Below, one piece after another: positions 61,521 to 64,000 of a DNA stretch of 64,000 nucleotides. Numbering within the stretch: the stretch's first letter is position 1; every line of letters begins with the position of its first letter. Both the position numbers and the translations under genes were made by a program. The notes under the pieces are model-generated. The model had not been told where the DNA came from. It searched no databases and saw only the letters and a program-made list of their open reading frames with translations. Source of the DNA: Camelus dromedarius (Eukaryota); NCBI RefSeq assembly GCF_036321535.1, contig NC_087437.1:53508001-53572000 (forward strand). The letters run 5' to 3'.

Positions 61521-63784
61521 CAGCCCTGCACCTCGGTTGTTGAGGCTCTCAAGAGCATCCAGTGAGCCCCCTTATTTTACAGGCAGGGAAAGGGAGGCCA
61601 AGAGAGTTCAGCTACTTGTCCAAGTTTAAACCAAGTGAAATCAGCAACCGAGAGAGGATTGAATATGGGTCTCCAAACTCCCACACTGCACGCAGCCCTG
61701 CCGACAACCAAAGTCGGAACCCGGATTCCGTGGTTGGCTGGAAAGGCAGTGGCCTTAGGCAGAATAGAGTTAAACAAAGGAAGTAATTCAGATTGAAAGC
61801 TGCACCCTTCCATTATCCCTTTCAAGAGTTCTTTATTCATTTGAGAAAAGCTAGATTTAGTAATTCCTTACTCTCCCAGCCTTTCATAATCCTCGTTATT
61901 TTTCTTTCCTGGCTGCCGGGTCCCCTCAAGATGGACCGGGGCCAGCTGTGGAGACTTAAATGTTCTGCGTCTCATCCCGGTGCCAGGAGGCCTTTGTTTG
62001 AGCCTAAGCAGGAGGGGAAGAAAGTGTCTGCCAGGGAGCTACTCCTGAGCCGCTTGCGGCAGAACAAAGCATTGTTTTCATTGATTTTGTTTAATTAAAT
62101 TTTTAAAACGAGAGTGCCTCAGAAGTAGCTACTTATTTTTGTATTTGGCAGAGGAAAAGTTGGAAAATCAAGAAAACACTTTGAGTCTTGTGTTTCCCCA
62201 AAGTCAACGTGCTGTTTCACCCTCTCCCTCTTATCTCCTAGTTACACTTGTTTCTTTTCTTAACGGTTTCCAGGGTGTTTTGTTTTTGTGATAATTACAC
62301 TTGGCGCTTGGGTATAGTTCTCATCAGGATGCTAGTCCTGTAAGGAATTTCCGAAATCATCTGGCCAGATCCTTTGATTTTCTGAGTGGAAAAAACTGAA
62401 GCTCAAAAAGAAATTACTTGCTTAAGGACACACAGCCAGGTGACTGCTTTCAGTGCCTCTCTTTTCATGAAAGGGAAACTGTTGCATCAAAAGAGTTTTT
62501 GTCTTTTGTCGGTACCCCAGAGTAAAGTCAAAGTTATGATGGTTGTTATAACAACGCCCTTTAAGTCAGGGAATGAATTCCTTAAGGATTTAAATAAGTT
62601 TTGGTTACTAAACAAATCTGTGGATCCCAGTGGTAGATATAGTGAGGAATATTATTGTTATTGGGGGTGGGTTTTCCCTCCTGCCCAGTCTCTGCCCACG
62701 ATGTTCTGGTGGAGTGGGAGCTGCTCGAGCTTTAGAGGCAAAGGAGCATGTTTGGTTGACTCTCCTCTCTCCTATGTTCCATGAGAGCCAGCAGGCTGCA
62801 TCCACACTGACATAAGGGGAGGAACCTGTAAGCATCTCCTGGGGTTGAGATGGGTATTAAGTCACATGACACAGGCTTCTGCCTGTTTGGACCTCTTGAC
62901 AGGGTTGGGTGCTCACCAGGTTTTTAGTGGTAGAGAATGATGGCGGGAGAATAACCCCATAGGGGAAGCCCTGTGCTCAAATGCAGAGACCCATCCTCGT
63001 CACAAAGAGGTGTGAATGTCTGCCTGACTGGAAAGGGGAGGTCTTTGGTTGTTGTGAAGTGTGTGTGACTCCAAGGAAAATAAATCTAGTAAAAAATAAA
63101 TAAAAAACAAACCCAGAAATTTCACATCCAGGCGAGTGCAGTCTGAAGTCATTCATTCTGCAGTTACTGACAAATGTGCAGGTGGGGGTGCAGTGGGGGG
63201 TGGTTTCTGTGCTCAGCCTAGAGTTACACAGAATCAGACTCACTCTTTGCCCCACTACCCATGCTGAGAACAAGCACATTTGGACCTCCCCTCAGAAACT
63301 GCCCTCAGGAGCTCACAGAAAACAGATTTAATTTATCTCAATATTGACCTCTGGGGGCACAGGGTTGTCCCTTCAGGAGACAAATCAAGAGCAGGTTGTA
63401 AAAGAGAGAGTGAAAGAGGGAAGGCCACAAGGAGAATGTGGAGCTCTACAAATGGGAGTACGTGGTTGCATTAAAAAAAAAGACAGGAGCAATTCACTGC
63501 TGAAATTCACAGTAATCCTCTGGAACATTAGGGTCTTGAGAATTTGCTTAGACTTGGTATCAGTGATTTATTCAATTAGGACTGAATTGGGGAAAAATAC
63601 ATTTTTCTTGTGTGTCTGCATGTATACTGAATATAGTCTGACTCCAACAAATGTACTTTTTAGAGTTTTATATGTAATAGTAACATGGTAAGCAATGCAG
63701 TGTCATCACATTGAAATACTGGGGTGATTTTTCTAAGTCAACACTAGAAAGGTCAGATTAACCTTTTTTTTATTTTTATTTTTA

Positions 63785-64000
63785 TTATTTTTTTTACTAA
63801 TAGACTTTTTTTTTTTTTGGAGCAGTTTCAGTTTCGCAGCAGAATTGAGCAGAAAATACAGAGAGTTCGCACATAGTCCTCCCCACCCACACATACATAC
63901 TCCCCTGCCTTCAACATCCCTCATCAGTGTGGCATATTTCGTACAATCGATGAATCAACATGGACACGTTATTATCAACCAAAGTCCACAGTTTACATTA
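63785..64000 (-). mobile_element. L1M 3' end, antisense, running off the window
   Basis: tttttggagcagtttcagtttcgcagcagaattgagcagaaaatacagagagttc...ccaaagtccacagtttacatta. Confidence 0.8.

Overview
Mammalian genomic DNA, most likely a camelid, based on several tRNA-derived Vic-1-type SINEs and matching L1 3' ends. The window holds the complete adiponectin gene ADIPOQ on the + strand: non-coding exon 1 at ~4685-4759 and CDS 12100-12310 + 12929-13449, giving 243 aa. At ~59.7-61.5 kb lies a CpG-island promoter and first non-coding exon that I recognise as ST6GAL1. The rest is repeat-rich (L1, SINEs, MaLR/ERV LTRs, Charlie1/MER3). The main unexpected signal is a decayed multi-exon gene on the + strand: about 17 AG..GT-bounded fossil exons between ~1.8 kb and ~28.4 kb. 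Most of them splice into one frame depleted of TAA/TAG and enriched in TGA (CGA deamination). The translation resembles, by eye and in the correct order, the GREB1 family (permuted SF2-helicase-like region plus TAGT/GT2-like glycosyltransferase domain), with an added SAM domain. ADIPOQ is interleaved in this fossil on the same strand. A second oddity is a ~440-bp direct repeat flanking ADIPOQ exon 2. Its second copy forms most of intron 2 and leaves a 106-nt adenosine-free tract before the exon 3 acceptor. Homologies were recalled from memory, not computed.
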